Shown: one piece after another, positions 36,053 to 45,426 of the stretch
How positions within the stretch are numbered: the first letter of the stretch is position 1
Layout: the number at the start of each line of letters is the position of its first letter
NCBI RefSeq assembly: GCF_900078365.1
Contig: NZ_LT598653.1
Span: 1,837,290-1,901,289, forward strand
Reading direction: 5' to 3'
From: an uncultured Sphingopyxis sp.
Lineage (GTDB): Bacteria; Pseudomonadota; Alphaproteobacteria; Sphingomonadales; Sphingomonadaceae
Length of the DNA: 64,000 nucleotides
Notes under the pieces: model-generated
What the model was told of the DNA's origin: nothing
The model's input: the letters and a program-made list of their open reading frames with translations, nothing else
Databases searched by the model: none
Program-made: the position numbers and the translations under genes

Positions 36053-36496
36053 ATGACCGGCTCCAGCAGAATTTCGCGGCGCGTTCGCAAGATGGGCGTC
36101 ACAGCCCTTACCCTGGCGCGCGGGGAGCGCGGCGCCGCCATCGTCGAAATGGCATTGGTGTTGCCGCTGCTCCTCGCGTTGCTGATGGGCATCCTCGTCT
36201 ACGGCCAATATTTCCTGCTCGCGCACAATGTGCAGCAGGCCGCCAACGACGGTGCGCGCGCCGCGATCGTCGGCCTCGACGCCGCCGACCGTAGCGCGGT
36301 CGCGACCCGCGCGGTCGCGCGCAGCCTGCAGGCCGTGGGTGGCGCGCACAGCGTCGCAATATCCGAAACGAGCGAGGCGATCACCGTCGCCGTCACTTAC
36401 ACCGCGCCGCAGGGCAGCCTCCTGCGCTCGAGCCTCGTTCCGTCGCCCGACCATGTCATCCGCGCCCGCGCGACCTTCGAATTGCCGGTCGATTGA
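36053..36496 (+). CDS. TadE/TadG-like pseudopilin
   Basis: GERGAAIVEMALVLPLLLALLMG...QQAANDGARAA; start could be 36092. Confidence 0.85.
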   Translation: MTGSSRISRRVRKMGVTALTLARGERGAAIVEMALVLPLLLALLMGILVYGQYFLLAHNVQQAANDGARAAIVGLDAADRSAVATRAVARSLQAVGGAHSVAISETSEAITVAVTYTAPQGSLLRSSLVPSPDHVIRARATFELPVD

Positions 36497-38127
36497 TCGT
36501 GGCGCGCCCGTCCTTGCTTCGCCGCCTCGTCCGCAGCCGCCGCGCGAGTATCAGCATCACGACCGCCTTCGGCATGGCGATGCTGATCGGCTCGGCCGCC
36601 TTCGCGGTCGATCTCGGCTCGCTCTATCTCGATCGCCGTAAATTGCAGGGGATCGCCGACGCTGCGGCGATGGCGGCGGCGGGACGGCCCGGCGAGGAGC
36701 GCGCGGCGGCTGAGCGGATCATCGCGGCCAATTGCGATTGCGGCATCACCATCGCCGCGCTCACGCCGGGCACCTACACCGCGGATCCTTCGGTTCAGGC
36801 CGAACAGCGCTTCACCGGCGGCGGCGCGTCGCCGAACGCGATACGCGTCACGCTGACGCGCGATCGCCCGCTGTTCTTCGGCCGCTTCCTGACCGGCCGG
36901 AAGGACAGCATCATCCGCGCGACCGCGACCGGCGCACGGCGCGGCTATGCCGCCTTTTCGCTCGGATCGCGCGTCGCGGCGCTGAACGGCGGCCTGCCCA
37001 ACGCGCTGCTGTCGGCGCTGACCGGCAGCGAGGTCAATCTGTCGGTGATGGACTATAATGCGCTCGCCAGCACCGACATCGACCTGCTCGCCTTTTCGGA
37101 CGCGCTTCGCACCGAGCTCGATGCCGATGTGCTGACCTTCGGTCAGACGCTGAACACGCAGGCGACGCTGCCGCAGGTGGTATCGGCGCTGGCGAGCGCG
37201 TCGGACGGGCAGGCGGCAAGCGCGCTTGAGCAGATCGCCGATGCCGCGCTGCCGCATGCGCTGCTGCCGTCGCGCGCGATCGACCTTGGTCCGCGGTCGT
37301 CGAGCATCCGCATCGACGCCGCCAATCCGGTCAAGGTCAATGCGCTCAGCCTGCTGCGCACGATGCTGCTCCTCGGCAATGCGAACCGCCAGGTCGACCT
37401 GTCGCTCGCGGGCAATCTCCCCGGCGGATCGGGCGTCAATGTCGCGCTGCTCGTCGGCGAGCCGCCCGCCGACTCGCCGCTCATCGCGGTGACCGACACC
37501 AATGACGTCATCGTCCGCACCGCACAGGTCCGGCTGAAGGTCGACACGCGGGTTTCTACGCCGCTCGCCAGCGTCCATGTGCCGCTGCTCGCCGAGCTCG
37601 GATCGGCGTCGGCGCGGATCACCGACATCGATTGTGCGCCGGACAGCAGCGCCGCGGTCTCGCTCGGCGTCGTCACCTCGCCGGCGATGGTGGCGATCGG
37701 CACGGTTCCCGACGCCGATTTCCAGGACATGCAGCGCCCGCTCGACCCCCAGCCCGCGCGCGTGGTGAAACTGCCGCTCGTCAGCGTCGATGCGCGCGCC
37801 GAGCTCAATCTGTCCGACCTCGATGAAAAGCCGGTCGCATTTTCGCGCAGCGAGATCGACGAGGGGCGGGTGAAGACGGTGTCGAGCACGGGGCTGGTCG
37901 CGGGCGCGGCGGGGTCGCTCGCCGACGAGATGGAGCTCGACGTCAACGTTCTCGGCCTCGGCCTGAACCTGAAAGCGTTGACGAGCGTGGTCGGCGAGAC
38001 CGTCGCGCTTGCCGCGCCGGTGCTCGATAGCGTGCTGTCGGACCTCACGGGATTGCTCGGCTTGCAGGTCGGGCAGGCCGATACGCGGGTCAACGCGCTG
38101 CGCTGCGGCAAGGCGCGGTTGGTCTGA
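36493..38127 (+). CDS. TadG-like protein with N-terminal Tad pseudopilin domain
   Basis: AFAVDLGSLYLDRRKLQGIADAAAMAAA; long Leu-rich C-terminal region; overlaps the upstream stop by 4 nt. Confidence 0.82.
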   Translation: MIVARPSLLRRLVRSRRASISITTAFGMAMLIGSAAFAVDLGSLYLDRRKLQGIADAAAMAAAGRPGEERAAAERIIAANCDCGITIAALTPGTYTADPSVQAEQRFTGGGASPNAIRVTLTRDRPLFFGRFLTGRKDSIIRATATGARRGYAAFSLGSRVAALNGGLPNALLSALTGSEVNLSVMDYNALASTDIDLLAFSDALRTELDADVLTFGQTLNTQATLPQVVSALASASDGQAASALEQIADAALPHALLPSRAIDLGPRSSSIRIDAANPVKVNALSLLRTMLLLGNANRQVDLSLAGNLPGGSGVNVALLVGEPPADSPLIAVTDTNDVIVRTAQVRLKVDTRVSTPLASVHVPLLAELGSASARITDIDCAPDSSAAVSLGVVTSPAMVAIGTVPDADFQDMQRPLDPQPARVVKLPLVSVDARAELNLSDLDEKPVAFSRSEIDEGRVKTVSSTGLVAGAAGSLADEMELDVNVLGLGLNLKALTSVVGETVALAAPVLDSVLSDLTGLLGLQVGQADTRVNALRCGKARLV

Positions 38128-38218
38128 TCCCGCGCACAGTGGCGCCATTAGGGACATAATGGCGCGCCCGATCATCGCTCGCGGACCCTATAATGGTCGA
38201 AAGAATTTGGGGGCAATC

Positions 38219-39112
38219 GTGGCGACCGCACAAGAACCACAGCGCGTATCGGCGGCGGATTTCATCCGCGGCTTTGCCAATTGGCGATTGCAGTCGGCGC
38301 GCAAGCCCGTCGTCGTGACGCATCATGGCAAGGACGCGCATGTACTGATCTCGCTCGACGATTATCGCCGTCTGGGCGACAGGACGGCGCGCGATGTCGC
38401 CGGGGCTTCGGATCTGCTCCAGAGCTCGCTCGCCGGCCTCGTCGAATCGGTCCGCGACGCGGTGATCCTGATCGACCGGCAGCGGCGCATCGTCGCGGTC
38501 AATCCGGCGGCGTCCGATATGCTCGAAAGGCCGGCGGCGGGCCTGATCGGTCAGGAATTGACGGCCGCGCTGCCGTCGCTCGGCGACAGCCTTATCCTTC
38601 ATCACATCGTCCGCCTGCTCGACCATAGGGAGAGGTTTTCGGGCGATTTGCCCGGGCTGCTGCGACCGCGCCAATGGCTGCACGTCGATCTGGTTCCGGC
38701 GCCCGTCGGCGGCGCGATCATGCTGCGCGACGTCAGCGAAGCGATGGAGGATTTCGCGGCGGGCGGCATGCGCGCCGCGATGCTGGACGCCGTCGAGAGT
38801 GACGGCGGGATCGGCCACGCCCGCATTTCGGTCCGCGAAACGGTCGAGGCAGCGAACGCGATGCTCACCGCGCTGGTCGGCGTCGATCCCGCGGCGATCC
38901 GCCGCGTCCGCTTTTCCGCGCTACTGGCGGTAGGGCGGCGCGCCGCCTTCGTCGAGGCGCTCGAATCGGTCTTCCGCTCGGGCGATTCCGCCCGCGTCGC
39001 GTCGCAGATGGTGACGCGCGACGGATCGGCCATCGATGTCATATTGACGATCGCGGAAGTGCGCGGTCCCTATGCCAGCGAAGGCGCGGTCGTGCTTGTC
39101 AGGCGCTCCTAA
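38219..39112 (+). CDS. Phd/YefM-like domain fused to two PAS-like domains
   Basis: GTG start with a GGGG RBS. N-terminus VSAADFIRGF...KPVVVTHHGKDAHVLISLDDYRRL; PAS LVESVRDAVILIDRQRRIVAVNPAASDMLE; second PAS/PAC ending TRDGSAIDVILTI. Confidence 0.72.
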   Translation: MATAQEPQRVSAADFIRGFANWRLQSARKPVVVTHHGKDAHVLISLDDYRRLGDRTARDVAGASDLLQSSLAGLVESVRDAVILIDRQRRIVAVNPAASDMLERPAAGLIGQELTAALPSLGDSLILHHIVRLLDHRERFSGDLPGLLRPRQWLHVDLVPAPVGGAIMLRDVSEAMEDFAAGGMRAAMLDAVESDGGIGHARISVRETVEAANAMLTALVGVDPAAIRRVRFSALLAVGRRAAFVEALESVFRSGDSARVASQMVTRDGSAIDVILTIAEVRGPYASEGAVVLVRRS

Positions 39113-40185
39113 AACCAGCGCCCGCGCTCGATCGCCGTGCCGTTCGCGGGCAGCGAGAAATATTCGCCATCCTCGCCGACGACGACCGGCCCGTCGAAAT
39201 GATCCTCGGCGCCGTCGAGGAAGGCCGCGTTCAGATAGGGCGAGGGCATCGACGGCACGACATGGCTGAGCACGAGCATCTTCACCCCCGCGGCGCGCGC
39301 GCTGTCCGCCGCTTGCGCCGGGCTGGCATGATAGTCGAGAATGTCGCGCATGATCTGCGCGGTCTGCTTGCGGCCCGCCCGGTCGAGCTGCGCGGCGAGG
39401 GTTTTCACCATCTTCGGCTGGAGCGCCTCGTGGATCAGCAGGTCGGCGCCCTTCGCGGCGGCTTCGAGCGATTTGGACGCCGCCGTGTCGCCGCTGATCA
39501 CGACGCTGCGCCCCTTGTAGTCGAAGCGATAGCCGACCGAGGGCTGCACCGGGCGATGATCGACCGCGAAGGCGGTGACGCGCAAGCCTTCGGCCTCATA
39601 AACGACGCTCGGTGAAGCCGGAACCTCGAAGGGCACCGCAACCGCTCCGGCGGCGGCGGGCGGCGTGATCTTCATGCCATGATGCGCGGTGCGATACCCG
39701 TTGTCGAGCGCATAGGCGGCGTTGAAGCCCGCGATCACGCCCTCGACCCCGGTGGGACCGTGGACGGGCAGGGGAGTCTTGTTCCCGCTGGCGGTCCAGC
39801 GCAGCAGCATCATCGGGCCCATGCCGTCGATATGGTCCGAATGATAATGGGTCAGGAAAAGCGCGCCGATGCGCCCGTTGGGCAGGCCCATCTGCGCGAT
39901 ATTGCGCGCCGAGCCTTCGCCCGCATCGACGACGAACATCGCCTTGCCCGCGATGACGACGGTGCAGGATGCCGCGCGCTCGCGCGCCGGGAGCGGCGAT
40001 CCGGTGCCGCACAGGCCGACGTGCAATCCATCGGGCAGAGCAGCGAGCGGGTCGCGCGCGATGTTGCGCTGGGCCGCGCGCTCGAAGAGCCACATGCCGA
40101 TAGGCCGCTGGAACAGCCATGCCGACAATGCCCCGACGCCGATGATCGCCGCGATCCACAGCGCGGCTCGATGATTTCTGGTCAT
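39109..40185 (-). CDS. MBL-fold metallo-hydrolase (RNase Z/arylsulfatase-like) with N-terminal membrane anchor
   Basis: LCGTGSPLP, VDAGEG, THYHSDHIDG, VISGDT, LIHEA, LSHVVP. Confidence 0.88.
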   Translation of the reverse strand: MTRNHRAALWIAAIIGVGALSAWLFQRPIGMWLFERAAQRNIARDPLAALPDGLHVGLCGTGSPLPARERAASCTVVIAGKAMFVVDAGEGSARNIAQMGLPNGRIGALFLTHYHSDHIDGMGPMMLLRWTASGNKTPLPVHGPTGVEGVIAGFNAAYALDNGYRTAHHGMKITPPAAAGAVAVPFEVPASPSVVYEAEGLRVTAFAVDHRPVQPSVGYRFDYKGRSVVISGDTAASKSLEAAAKGADLLIHEALQPKMVKTLAAQLDRAGRKQTAQIMRDILDYHASPAQAADSARAAGVKMLVLSHVVPSMPSPYLNAAFLDGAEDHFDGPVVVGEDGEYFSLPANGTAIERGRWF

Positions 40186-40282
40186 TCTTACCCCCTCCCG
40201 GTCCGCACGCGGCTTCTGCACATGCTGGACAAGCCGGGAGGTTAGGCGCAATCATCCGGTCAGGGAAGGTTGCAAGTGGCAA

Positions 40283-40300
40283 CTTACCGTTTACGTAAAG
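40283..40300. promoter_or_regulatory. Candidate LiuR-type operator
   Basis: CTTACCGTTTACGTAAAG, 2 mismatches to the LiuR consensus as I recall it (sTTTACGTwwACGTAAAs); between the divergent MBL and acyl-CoA dehydrogenase genes. Confidence 0.5.
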
Positions 40301-40346
40301 GTGAGCGCCCATTATAAGGGCGCCAGTGCCCAATGGGAGATTCGTG

Positions 40347-41540
40347 ATGGACATGGAATTCAGCCCCGAGGATTTGGCCTTCCAGCAGGAAGTGCGCCAA
40401 TTCATCGCCGAAAATTACCCCGCGGAACTCCGCGGCAAGCAGGACGAGGGCGAAGAATTGTCCAAGGAGGATTTCCTCGCCTGGCACAAAATTCTTTACA
40501 AGAAGGGCTGGATCGCGCCCGCCTGGCCGGTCGAATATGGCGGCACCGGCTGGACGCCGACGCAGCGTTTCATCTGGTCGGAGGAGACCGCGCGCGCCGA
40601 TTGCATCCGCCTGATGCCCTTCGGCCTCGCGATGGTCGGCCCCGTCATCTACACCTTCGGTACCCCGGAGCAGAAGGCGCATTTCCTGCCGCGCATCCTG
40701 TCGGGCGAGGATTGGTGGTGCCAGGGCTATTCGGAGCCCGGCTCCGGCTCGGACCTTGCCTCGCTGCGCACGACGGCCGTCCGCGACGGCGACGATTATA
40801 TCGTCAACGGGCAAAAGACCTGGACGACGCTCGCGCAGCACGCCGACTGGGGCTTCTTCCTCGTTCGTACCGACAAGGACGCCAAGCAGCAGGAGGGCAT
40901 CAGCTTCCTCCTCATCGACATGAAGTCGCCCGGCATCACGGTGCGCCCGATCATCACGCTCGGCGGCGAGCATGAAGTCAACGAAGTGTGGCTCGAGGAC
41001 GTCCGCGTGCCGGTGTCGCAGCGCGTCTATGAGGAGAATAAGGGCTGGACCTGCGCCAAATTCCTGCTCGCGCACGAACGCACCGGCATCGCCGGCGTCG
41101 CGGCGTCGAAGCGCGGGATCGAGAAGGTGAAAGACATCGCCCGCACCGAACTCGATGGCGAAAAGCCGCTGCTCCAGAATCCCTTCTTCAAGCGCAAGGT
41201 CGCCGAGCTCGAAGTCGATCTCACCGCGCTCGAATTCACCGAACTCCGCAGCCTCGCCGGCGCCAATGCGGGCAAGGGACCGGGGCCGGAATCGAGCCTG
41301 CTCAAGATCAAGGGCTCGGAAATCCAGCAGCGCCTCACCGAACTGACACTCGAAGCCGTCGGCCATTATGGCGCGCCTTATTTCCGCGGGTTCGGAGAGG
41401 GCGACAACGAGCATCCGATCGGGCCCGATTATGCGCACCGCGCCGCGCCGACCTATTTCAACATGCGCAAGACGACCATCTATGGCGGATCGAACGAGAT
41501 CCAGCGCAACATCATCGCGAAGATGGTGCTCGGCCTTTGA
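40347..41540 (+). CDS. Acyl-CoA dehydrogenase, large subunit (PimC-like)
   Basis: WCQGYSEPGSGSDLASL, NGQKTWTT, EVNEVWLEDVRVP, TIYGGSNEIQRNII. Confidence 0.9.
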   Translation: MDMEFSPEDLAFQQEVRQFIAENYPAELRGKQDEGEELSKEDFLAWHKILYKKGWIAPAWPVEYGGTGWTPTQRFIWSEETARADCIRLMPFGLAMVGPVIYTFGTPEQKAHFLPRILSGEDWWCQGYSEPGSGSDLASLRTTAVRDGDDYIVNGQKTWTTLAQHADWGFFLVRTDKDAKQQEGISFLLIDMKSPGITVRPIITLGGEHEVNEVWLEDVRVPVSQRVYEENKGWTCAKFLLAHERTGIAGVAASKRGIEKVKDIARTELDGEKPLLQNPFFKRKVAELEVDLTALEFTELRSLAGANAGKGPGPESSLLKIKGSEIQQRLTELTLEAVGHYGAPYFRGFGEGDNEHPIGPDYAHRAAPTYFNMRKTTIYGGSNEIQRNIIAKMVLGL

Positions 41541-41550
41541 CCACATAATG

Positions 41551-41632
41551 GACGTCATCCCGGCGAAGGCCGGGATTGCGCCGCCGCGTCATGGCGAGAG
41601 GTCGAGATCCCGGCCTTCGCCGGGATGACGTC
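41551..41632. repeat. CGTC-type REP doublet
   Basis: GACGTCATCCCGGCGAAGGCCGGGAT...ATCCCGGCCTTCGCCGGGATGACGTC between the two dehydrogenase genes. Confidence 0.9.
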
Positions 41633-41652
41633 GAAATCGAGGATAACGATAA

Positions 41653-42792
41653 ATGGATTTCACCTACACCGAAACGCAGGACATGATCCGCGACACGCTC
41701 GCCCGATTTCTGAGCGACACCTATGACTTCGAGACGCGCCAGAAGTTCATCAACTCGGACAGCGGCCGCGATCCCGCGATCTGGACCGCGCTCGCGCAGG
41801 AACTCGGCATGCTCGGCGCGCCCTTTGCGGAGGAGCATGGCGGCCTCGGCGGCGGCGCGCTCGAAAATGCGATCGTGATGGAAGAACTCGGCCAGGTCAT
41901 CGGGATCGAGCCTTATCTTCCGACCGTCGTCATCGCGGGCGGCGCGCTCAAGGCCGTCGGCGGCGCGCAGGCCGATGCGATGATTCCCGAGATCATCGCG
42001 GGCAATGCGATCGTCGCTTTCGCCTATGCCGAGCCGCAGGGCCGCTACGACCTCGCCAACCTCCGCACCAACGCGAAAAAGGACGGCGCGGGCTATGTGC
42101 TGAACGGCCACAAGGGCGTCGTCTACGCCGCGCCCTGGGCGACGCACCTGCTCGTCACCGCGCGCACCGGCGGCGGTCAGCGGGACAAGGACGGCGTCTC
42201 GCTGTTCCTGATCGACGCCGCTTTGCCCGGCATCGTCCGCCGCGACTATCCGACCGTCGACGGCAGCCGCGCGTCGGAAATCTATTTCGAAAATGTCGCG
42301 ATCCCCGGCGACGCGCTGCTGGGCGGCGAGGGCGCGGCGCTGCCGCTGATCGAGCAGATCGTCGACGAAGCCACCGTGGCCGTCTGCGCCGAAGCGACCG
42401 GCGTGATGCAGAAGCTGCACGAAGGCACGCTCGAATATACGCAGCAGCGCAAGCAGTTCGGGGTGCCGATCGCGAAGTTCCAGGTCCTCCAGCACCGCAT
42501 GGTCGACATGTTCATGGAAGTCGAACAGGCCCGCTCGATGACGATCATGGCGACGCTGAAGCTCGGCCTGCCCGCGAACGAGCGCATGGCGGCGGTGTCG
42601 GCGGCGAAGAACAAGGTCGCGCGCGGCGCCAAGTTCGTCGGCCAGAACGCGATCCAGACCCACGGCGGCATCGGCATCACGCAGGAACTGGCGATCGGCC
42701 ATTATTTCAAGCGCGCGACGATGATCGAGGGCCAGTTCGGCAGCGCCGATTTCCATATGGACCGCTATGAGCGGATCGTGCTGGCGGATTGA
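41653..42792 (+). CDS. Acyl-CoA dehydrogenase, small subunit (PimD-like)
   Basis: YTQQRKQFGVPIAKFQVLQHRMVDM, QTHGGIGITQE; lacks the canonical YSEPGSGSD and GGSNE segments of its partner. Confidence 0.85.
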   Translation: MDFTYTETQDMIRDTLARFLSDTYDFETRQKFINSDSGRDPAIWTALAQELGMLGAPFAEEHGGLGGGALENAIVMEELGQVIGIEPYLPTVVIAGGALKAVGGAQADAMIPEIIAGNAIVAFAYAEPQGRYDLANLRTNAKKDGAGYVLNGHKGVVYAAPWATHLLVTARTGGGQRDKDGVSLFLIDAALPGIVRRDYPTVDGSRASEIYFENVAIPGDALLGGEGAALPLIEQIVDEATVAVCAEATGVMQKLHEGTLEYTQQRKQFGVPIAKFQVLQHRMVDMFMEVEQARSMTIMATLKLGLPANERMAAVSAAKNKVARGAKFVGQNAIQTHGGIGITQELAIGHYFKRATMIEGQFGSADFHMDRYERIVLAD

Positions 42793-42796
42793 TTGA

Positions 42797-42929
42797 TCCT
42801 CCCTGTCGCGTAGCGATGGGGAGGGGGACCGCCCGCGAAGCGGGTGGTGGAGGGGCAGCTACGGTGCGTCATGGCCCCTCCGTCAGCCCTTCGGGCTGCC
42901 ACCTCCCCATGCCTGCGGCACAGGGAGGA
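42797..42929. repeat. ~133-bp TIR repeat element, copy 2
   Basis: GATCCTCCCTGT...ACAGGGAGGATC termini; homologous to 7428-7553. Confidence 0.85.
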
Positions 42930-42937
42930 TCTCGCGC

Positions 42938-45424
42938 TCAATAAGCCACATCCACCGCGATCCGTAGCGTGCGCGGGCGCAGCGGTGTGAGAAAACCCTC
43001 ATTGCCTTCGAGGAACGGCGTTCCCAGCGAAAAGCGATTGCCGCGCGAATCGAACAAATTGGTCAGCGTCAGCGACAGCCCGCGCCGATCGTTGCCGACC
43101 CGCATCGCGAGCCCCGTATCGACATAATCGCCCTGGCTTTCGCCCAGCACCGGCCCGATGCCGAGCCGCGACGGCCCGACATAATTTGCCCAGCCGTTCA
43201 CGCGGAAATCCTCGCTGCCGATCATCGTCGCATAGTTGATCGACCCGCGCACCGCGTGGCTCGCGACATTAGGGATCCGGCCGAGCCGCGCCGGCGCCGC
43301 GGCGAACACCGGCAGGATCTGCGGCGACAGGTCGTCGACGCGGCTGTGGTTATAGACCGCGCCGAGCTCGAAGGTCAGCGCGGCGGTCGGCCGCATCGCG
43401 ACCGCGCCCGACAGGCTGGTGATGCGCCCGTTGCCGATATTGGCGGTGGTCGGAAAGCCGCTGCTGTCGATGAAGTCCGCCTGGATGTTGCGCCAGCGGC
43501 TGTGCGAGATCGAAAGGCTGGCGTCGAGCAGGCTTCGGCCGCGGTCACCGAAACGCATCCCGGCCTCCCAGGTGCGGACCTTGTCGTTGAGGAAGCGCCG
43601 CACGAAGCTGCCGTCGACGGCAAGCCCGCCGGGACGGAAACCTTCCTGATAGCGCGCATAGAGCCGGACATTGTCGAGCGGGGTCGCGAGCAGCGAAAGC
43701 GACGGCAGCAGGTCGGTTTCGTTGCGCGACGCGGTCGTCGCGCGGTTCGCTTCCGCCAGCGCGAAGGATACGCCCTCGGCCTGGCCGCCCAGCCGCGCAT
43801 GCGACAGGCGCAGGCCGCCCGAAGCGATCAGGTTGGGCATGATTTCGACCGTCGCTTCGGCATAGCCGGTGACTTCGGTGATCCGGTTGGTGACGCCGGG
43901 CAGGACCGCGCGCAGCGAACCATAGGCATATTCGCGGTCCTGCCGCGCGCGGTTGTGGATGAAGCTCGCGCCGACCACCCAGCCGAGCCCGTCGTGATAG
44001 GGCCGCGACAGCCGGTTCTCGCTGACGAACATGCGCGTGTCGTTATGCTGGTCGAGCACGCGCGGGACATCGGCCATGGGGGTGACCTCGACCGGGGCGA
44101 ACAGGCGTTCGACATCGACCGCGCCCATGGCGGCCCCCGCATCCGCTCCTTCGCCGCGCCGGGCTTCGGGCAGGCTCGCGTCGAACCGCTCGAACAGGCG
44201 ATGGTCGATGAAGGCGTTCGACGACTGGAAATAAAGATCGCCCCAATCCTTCATCACGACGATCGTGCCCATGCCGTAACGCGCGCTCGCATTCTGCTCG
44301 ACCATCGAGGCACGGGTCAGCGGCGGCGCATCCTTGTCGGCATATTGCGCATCGTCGGAGGTGATCGCCTGGTAGATGCCGCCGAAATCGACCGTCCAGC
44401 CATCGCCGGCCTCAAAGCGGAAGGTGCCCCTTCCGCCGCGGACATGTACGCGGTTGACGTCATTCTGTCCGCGCAGCGGATTGTCGATATAGCCGCCGTC
44501 GGTGAGCATATAGCCGACGAGGCGCAGCGCATGGCCGTCCTCGCCGACGGGCAGGTTGGCGATCGCGGCGATGTCGCCGCCGGGGTCGCCATGCTGGGTG
44601 ACCGACAGGCCCGCGATCGCCTGGATGGTCATTGCGCGCGGATCGGGCGCTTTCGGCACGACGTGGATGATGCCGCCGAGCGAGCCCGCGCCATAGAGCG
44701 TGCCCTGCGGCCCTTCGAGGATTTCGACATTGTCGATGTCGTAGAGGCGCAGGTCGGGGTCCGGCGCGTTGTAGCTGAGGCGGATGTCGCCGAAATATTG
44801 GCCGACGGTCGACTGCGTCGGGCCGGTGAAGCTCGAATCGGCGATGCCGCGGATGAACAGCTTGTTGCGGCCCGAACCCAGATGGGTCGAGGAAACATTG
44901 GCGGTGCGCGACAGGATCGAATCCATCCCGCGTTCGCCGCCGAACGCCAGATCGTCGCCATCCAATCGGGTGACGACGCCCGCGAAGTGCGAATGGGGTA
45001 GGTCGGTTTTCGACGCGGTGACGATGATCTCGTCCCGCGGCGCCGCGATCATGTCGTTCGCCGGCTCGCGCGCCCGCGGCTGCGGCACCGGTCGCGGCGC
45101 AGCGGCCGCCTTCGCGACGCGGGCGGGGCGCCGTTCGATGCGCCAGCTCGTCGCGCTGACCCGGACCGCGCGCGCGTCGGAGCCGTCGAGCAGGCGCCGG
45201 ATCGCCTGTTCGACGCTCATCCGCCCGCGCACGGGTTTGACGCGCGCTTTCCACAGTTTCGCATCGGCGACGCTGATGCTGACGCCCGCCTGCCGGCTGA
45301 TCAGCGGGAGAGCGGCCGACAGGCTGCCCTTCGGCACGTCGAACGCGCGTTCCTCCCCCGCCTGAACCTGCGCGGGCAGGCACAGCGCTATCGCTGCTAC
45401 GGCAAGGGAGAGGCGCGGGTGCAT
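42938..45424 (-). CDS. TonB-dependent receptor/transducer with N-terminal STN-like extension
   Basis: AFDVPKGSLSAALPLISRQAG extension, EIIVTA, EILEGPQGTLYGAGSLGG, terminal AY; follows fecR. Confidence 0.88.
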   Translation of the reverse strand: MHPRLSLAVAAIALCLPAQVQAGEERAFDVPKGSLSAALPLISRQAGVSISVADAKLWKARVKPVRGRMSVEQAIRRLLDGSDARAVRVSATSWRIERRPARVAKAAAAPRPVPQPRAREPANDMIAAPRDEIIVTASKTDLPHSHFAGVVTRLDGDDLAFGGERGMDSILSRTANVSSTHLGSGRNKLFIRGIADSSFTGPTQSTVGQYFGDIRLSYNAPDPDLRLYDIDNVEILEGPQGTLYGAGSLGGIIHVVPKAPDPRAMTIQAIAGLSVTQHGDPGGDIAAIANLPVGEDGHALRLVGYMLTDGGYIDNPLRGQNDVNRVHVRGGRGTFRFEAGDGWTVDFGGIYQAITSDDAQYADKDAPPLTRASMVEQNASARYGMGTIVVMKDWGDLYFQSSNAFIDHRLFERFDASLPEARRGEGADAGAAMGAVDVERLFAPVEVTPMADVPRVLDQHNDTRMFVSENRLSRPYHDGLGWVVGASFIHNRARQDREYAYGSLRAVLPGVTNRITEVTGYAEATVEIMPNLIASGGLRLSHARLGGQAEGVSFALAEANRATTASRNETDLLPSLSLLATPLDNVRLYARYQEGFRPGGLAVDGSFVRRFLNDKVRTWEAGMRFGDRGRSLLDASLSISHSRWRNIQADFIDSSGFPTTANIGNGRITSLSGAVAMRPTAALTFELGAVYNHSRVDDLSPQILPVFAAAPARLGRIPNVASHAVRGSINYATMIGSEDFRVNGWANYVGPSRLGIGPVLGESQGDYVDTGLAMRVGNDRRGLSLTLTNLFDSRGNRFSLGTPFLEGNEGFLTPLRPRTLRIAVDVAY

Positions 45425-45426
45425 GG

